Assembly (NCBI GenBank): GCA_046292385.1
Contig: JBKBRF010000008.1
Span: 64,001-128,000, forward strand
Length of the DNA stretch: 64,000 nucleotides
Origin: Armatimonadota bacterium
GTDB lineage: Bacteria; Armatimonadota; SYMT01
Reading direction: 5' to 3'
The stretch's first letter is position 1. Every line of letters begins with the position of its first letter. Under the pieces are notes generated by a model. The model worked only from the letters and a program-made list of their open reading frames with translations. It did no database searches and had not been told where the DNA came from. Of the stretch, positions 59,896-64,000 are shown one piece after another. A program made the position numbers and the translations under genes.

Positions 59896-60167
59896 GCAGC
59901 GTCGAGTCCGTGGCTCCGACCCGCGCCCTTGTCGGCGGAGACAGCCCTCCCGCGGCGAGTGCCCTCCGCGGTCTTTTCACGCCCTTCGGGCTAGCAGACC
60001 GCTCCGGGAGTCCGCCCCGTGTGGCTCTTCCCGCGTCACTGCGCTCTACCGCGTCAATGGTAGGGTTCACGGCCTGTCTCCGCCGCCTTCGAGCGAGCCC
60101 CCTGCGCCCAGGGGGCTCACAGGTGGCGTCCTGCGGCCCAGCCTTCCGGCTGTGCCTCCGGACGCCG
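59896..60167 (+). repeat. Large non-coding element, copy 4 (A unit only)
   Basis: Colinear with 7143-7425. Hairpin GAGCCCCCTG/CAGGGGGCTC (60095-60118). No B unit follows. Confidence 0.85.
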
Positions 60168-60312
60168 AAAGTGTCAGTATCGGGGGCGGTGGACCGTCGG
60201 TGCGAGGGGGCAATCGGCCGGTGGATGGGGTCGGGGAAGAGCGTTCAGGCAGGAATGCGTGCTTGAATTGGGTAATCCGATAGCAACGTCTGTTCGTAAC
60301 GAGGCACGCTGC

Positions 60313-62202
60313 ATGACCGCTACCCTGTCCCCACCTTCCACTGCCCCCGGTGTCACGTCGCTGCGTGAGGCCGGAGACCTGAGCCGGCGGCCGAAGCCGA
60401 TGACGGCGCCGCAGGCGTTCCAGGCGACGGTGCGCCGGCACGGCGACCGGGTGGCGCTGCGGTACAAGGTCGACGGCGAGTGGCGGCCGATCACCTACCG
60501 GGAGATGGGCGAGCGGGTGCGGCGGCTGGCGCTGGGGCTGCACGCGCTCGGGGTGCGGCACGGCGCGCGGGTGGCGCTGCTCTCGGAGAACCGGCCGGAG
60601 TGGGCGGTGACCGACCAGGCGGTCCTCTCCCTCGGCGCGGTGAACGTGCCGCTCTACAGCACCTTGCCGCCGCCGCAGGTGGAGTACATCGCCGCCGACG
60701 CCGGCGCGGAGGTGCTGATCGTCTCCCACGGCAAGCAGCTCGAGAAGGTGCTGGCGGTGCGCGACCGCCTGACCGCCCTGCGCCACGTGGTGGTGATGGA
60801 CCCGCCGGAGCCGCTGCCGGAGGGCGTGCTGACCTTCGCGGAAGTGCTGGAGCGAGGGGGGGCGGTCCCCGGCGGGTCGGAGACGCTGGAGCGCCTCGCC
60901 GCCGCGGTGAAGCCGGAAGACCTGGCGAGCATCATCTACACCTCCGGCACCACCGGCGCGCCGAAGGGCGCGATGCTGACGCACGACAACTTCATCTCCA
61001 ACGCGCAGACCGTGGTCGACATGGTCGACGTGACGGAGAACGACACCTTCCTCTCGTTCCTCCCGCTCTCGCACGTCTTCGAGCGGATGGCGGGGCACTA
61101 CCTGCCGCTCCAGGTGGGGGCGACGATTGCCTACGCGGAGAGCGTCTTCACCGTGCAGAGCAATATGGTGGAGATCAACCCCACCATCATGGCGAGCGTG
61201 CCGCGCCTCTACGAGAGCATGCACTCCCGCATCCAGGACGGCATCGCCAAGCAGCCGGAGCGCAAGCGGAAGCTGGCGGAGTGGGCGGTGAAGGTCGGCT
61301 GGGAGCGGAACAGCCGCACCATCGAGGGGAAGAGCCCCGGCCTGCTCACGGCGCTCCAGTACGCGATTGCCGACCGGCTGGTGCTGAAGCCGCTGCGGGA
61401 GCGAGTGACCGGCACCTCGCTGCGGTTCTTCATCTCCGGCGGCGCGCCGCTGCCGGTGGAGACGGCGAAGTTCATCGCCTCGATTGGCTTGCGGATCCTG
61501 GAGGGCTACGGCCTCACCGAGACCTCCCCGGTGATCTGCGTCAACCTGCCGGAGAAGACGCGCATCGGCACCGTCGGGCCGCCGATCCCGGGCGTCCAGG
61601 TGCGGATCGCGGAGGATGGCGAGATCCTCTCCCGCGGGCCGCACATCATGCAGGGCTACTACAACCTGCCGGAGGAGACGGCGAACGCGATCGACGCGGA
61701 GGGCTGGTTCCATACCGGCGACATCGGCGTGCTCGACCCGGACGGCTACCTGCGGATCACCGACCGCAAGAAAGACCTGATCGTGCTGGCGAACGGCAAG
61801 AACGTAGCGCCGCAGCCGATCGAGGCGAAGGTGAAGGCAAGCCCGTACATCAACACGGTGGTGCTCTTCGGCGACCGCCAGCCGCAGGTGGTGGCGCTGA
61901 TCGTCCCCGCCTACGACCGCCTGAAGAACTGGGCGAAGGAGCGCGGCATCGAAGGCCGGGACCCGGAGGCGCTCTCCAAACACCCCGACGTGAAGAAGCT
62001 GCTCCGCAAGGAGATCGACGAGCACACGCAGGACCTTGCCGACTTCGAGAAGATCCGCCGCTTCGCCATCCTGACGGAGGACTTCACGATGGAGAAGGGG
62101 GAGCTCACTCCCACGCTCAAGATCAAGCGCAAGGTGGTGGCGGAGCACTACGCGGACGAGGTCCGCTCCCTCTACGGCGGCGCCCGCGCGGACGCCGGCT
62201 AG
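60313..62202 (+). CDS. fadD: Long-chain-fatty-acid--CoA ligase
   Basis: YTSGTTGAPKG, FLPLSHVFER, EGYGLTETSP, WFHTGDIG, DRKKDL, ELTPTLKIKR. Confidence 0.93.
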   Translation: MTATLSPPSTAPGVTSLREAGDLSRRPKPMTAPQAFQATVRRHGDRVALRYKVDGEWRPITYREMGERVRRLALGLHALGVRHGARVALLSENRPEWAVTDQAVLSLGAVNVPLYSTLPPPQVEYIAADAGAEVLIVSHGKQLEKVLAVRDRLTALRHVVVMDPPEPLPEGVLTFAEVLERGGAVPGGSETLERLAAAVKPEDLASIIYTSGTTGAPKGAMLTHDNFISNAQTVVDMVDVTENDTFLSFLPLSHVFERMAGHYLPLQVGATIAYAESVFTVQSNMVEINPTIMASVPRLYESMHSRIQDGIAKQPERKRKLAEWAVKVGWERNSRTIEGKSPGLLTALQYAIADRLVLKPLRERVTGTSLRFFISGGAPLPVETAKFIASIGLRILEGYGLTETSPVICVNLPEKTRIGTVGPPIPGVQVRIAEDGEILSRGPHIMQGYYNLPEETANAIDAEGWFHTGDIGVLDPDGYLRITDRKKDLIVLANGKNVAPQPIEAKVKASPYINTVVLFGDRQPQVVALIVPAYDRLKNWAKERGIEGRDPEALSKHPDVKKLLRKEIDEHTQDLADFEKIRRFAILTEDFTMEKGELTPTLKIKRKVVAEHYADEVRSLYGGARADAG

Positions 62203-62353
62203 CCCGGCGCCGGGGCGACACCCTCCGCTACAATAGGGGCATGAGGGCCGGGCGTACCCGCGTGGAGGTGGAGGTGGTTGCGTTGACGAGCTGGGTTTCT
62301 CGCCGCAGAGCCACTTCGCTTTCGAGCCGGTTAAAACGGGAGGTGGGCACTTC

Positions 62354-62484
62354 GGCGCGGCCTAACCCCCCGATCCTCCCCCGTTCGGGGGACAAGCCTT
62401 CCCCTGAAGTGAAAGGGGGAGCAGGCTGGCTCTACACCGATAGCTCCCCTCTCCTCTCAGGAGAGGGGCCGGGGGTGAGGCCCC
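62354..62484. repeat. REP-like doublet, family R2
   Basis: Colinear with 9716-9846. Confidence 0.85.
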
Positions 62485-62554
62485 GTGAGCAGCAGCTGCC
62501 CCCGCTTCGCCACCCGGTAGTACCTGTCCGCAAACGCAGCCAGGGGAGGTCCGC

Positions 62555-63787
62555 GTGAGAGCCGCCGCCGCGCTCCTCCTACTCCTGTTGCCCGCCGCGG
62601 TGGCGGCCGCGCGCCTGCCGGTAATCTCCGGGACGGTCAACCTGCGCGACGTTCGGGTAATCCAGGCCGGCTCGCTGGCCGACCGCGCCCGGGGACCGGC
62701 GGCCCTGCCGCAGCGGATCTCCGCGGAGCTGCGCGAGGTCACGGTGCGAGAGGCAGCGGAGACGCTCGGCTCCCTGATCGGGGTGGGGGTGGACGTGCCG
62801 GCGCCGCCGACCGCTCGCGAAGACGGGCTTCCCGTGCTCGACTACGAGCGCCGCGCCACCCTTTCCTGGAAGGACGCTCCCCTGGCGCAGGCGCTGCGGG
62901 AGTTCTGCGCCGCCTACGGCTGCAGCCTGGCGCGTGACTACCGCGGCAGCTACAACGTCTTGCCGGAGCCGCTCCCCTCCGGGCCGGAGCTGAAGCTGGA
63001 GGGCTTCGTCCTCTCCGTGCGGCGGATCCAGTTCGGCGACTATCGCTCGACCGGGGAGGCGCCGGACGACAACCAGACTCGCCGGGCGCTGCACCTGGAG
63101 TTCGGGCTGCGGGCGGTTGACGCGGAGATGGCCTCGCTCTACGGGCTCAATCACGTGCGGGTGGTCGACCAGAGCGGTCGGGACCGGCTCGACCCGTCCG
63201 ACCCGGCACTGAACCCCACCCCCGCGGGCCGCACCGAGATCGGTCCCTTTCCGGACGAGCGGATTCAGCGTGTGGTGCTGGAGTGGCCCTACCCCACCCC
63301 GCACCGCCTCCGCAAGATTGAGGGAGACCTGGTGCTCTACCAGGCGGTGCGGCGGCGGAAGGTGGTCGTTCCCATTCCCGCTGCGAACGAGCGCCCGGAG
63401 ACGATCCGCACCCAGGAGCTGCAGTTCGGCTACTCGCAGGTGTCCCACGGTCCGGAGAGCTTCCAGGCGCTGGTGCAGGTGGTGCACCCTCCCACGGCGG
63501 AGCTGCTGCTCTCCGGCTCGGCCCCGCCGGTGACGCTGGAGCTGGAGGACGGCACGACGGCGACGGCCCGGACGCTGATCAATAGCTGGGGCTTCAGCGA
63601 GGGCGTGCTGACCGGCTACGTGACGGTGAACGCCGGCCGGCTGCCGTCCCGCCCGGTGCGGATGGTCTGGGACGTGGCGTTCCGCTCCCAGGTCACGCGG
63701 AAAGTCCGCTTCCAGTGGGAGAGCTACCCGGCGATCCTGGGTCCGGCCCCCGCCCCGGCCGCCAAGCGCGCGGAGGCCGGCTTGTGA
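62555..63787 (+). CDS. Secreted hypothetical protein with STN-like N-terminal region
   Basis: GGGGAGG RBS, signal peptide, ISAELREVTVREAAETL...RATLSWKDAPLAQAL. Confidence 0.8.
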   Translation: MRAAAALLLLLLPAAVAAARLPVISGTVNLRDVRVIQAGSLADRARGPAALPQRISAELREVTVREAAETLGSLIGVGVDVPAPPTAREDGLPVLDYERRATLSWKDAPLAQALREFCAAYGCSLARDYRGSYNVLPEPLPSGPELKLEGFVLSVRRIQFGDYRSTGEAPDDNQTRRALHLEFGLRAVDAEMASLYGLNHVRVVDQSGRDRLDPSDPALNPTPAGRTEIGPFPDERIQRVVLEWPYPTPHRLRKIEGDLVLYQAVRRRKVVVPIPAANERPETIRTQELQFGYSQVSHGPESFQALVQVVHPPTAELLLSGSAPPVTLELEDGTTATARTLINSWGFSEGVLTGYVTVNAGRLPSRPVRMVWDVAFRSQVTRKVRFQWESYPAILGPAPAPAAKRAEAGL

Positions 63788-64000
63788 GGATCCCGCTGCT
63801 CTGCGCGTGTGGGCTGAGCGCACTTCTCGCGGTGGGAGCGCAGGCGGCGCCGGTGGTGACGCTCCGGTCGGAGAACGCCACGCTGCACCAGGTCTTCCGG
63901 GCGCTGCGGGAGCAGACCGGTCTCACCTTCCGCGGCCAGGACGGCGAGGGGAACCCGGGCTACCGGGAGCAGCCCGGAGCCCGGCGCGCGCGGGTCGACT
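63784..64000 (+). CDS. Secreted hypothetical protein (partial), probable paralog of the upstream gene
   Basis: GTGA overlap. MRIPLLCACGLSALLAVGAQAAPVVTLRSENATLHQVFRALREQTGLTF... is open to the window end. Confidence 0.7.
   Translation, partial: MRIPLLCACGLSALLAVGAQAAPVVTLRSENATLHQVFRALREQTGLTFRGQDGEGNPGYREQPGARRARVD

Noticed and set aside
60283..60296. Second SOS box upstream of fadD (GCAACGTCTGTTCG)
   Set aside because: One core half-site is mismatched and the gene is not an expected SOS target, so the match is too weak.

Overview
High-GC (roughly 70% by eye) bacterial chromosomal segment. The mix of DUF1501, DUF4058, DUF1080, DUF5693-like and ThuA genes with a Gram-positive-type SOS box suggests an Armatimonadota-like organism (inference only). 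About 53 protein genes are supported. Housekeeping: alr, smc, tig, folC, class II fba, fadD-like ligase. Surface polysaccharide: Wzm/Wzt, GT2, GT4, and a GNAT/ATP-grasp/phosphoesterase trio. Also a Rieske plus cytochrome b-c fusion pair, a heptaheme cytochrome and several secreted hypotheticals. Three tRNAs (Lys-CTT, Leu-TAG, Gly-GCC) lie upstream of tig. No transposase, integrase or CRISPR array is visible. The most striking signal is non-coding: a ~580-670 bp element present as three full copies (7143-7720, 16752-17422, 33637-34247) and one half copy (59896-60167). Each full copy is an inverted doublet of two diverged ~270-nt units (A and B). The units keep hairpins by compensatory substitution, including DNA-type C-GNA-G triloop hairpins in all seven half-units. 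All four copies sit between divergently transcribed genes. Several smaller REP-like and short tandem-repeat families are also present.
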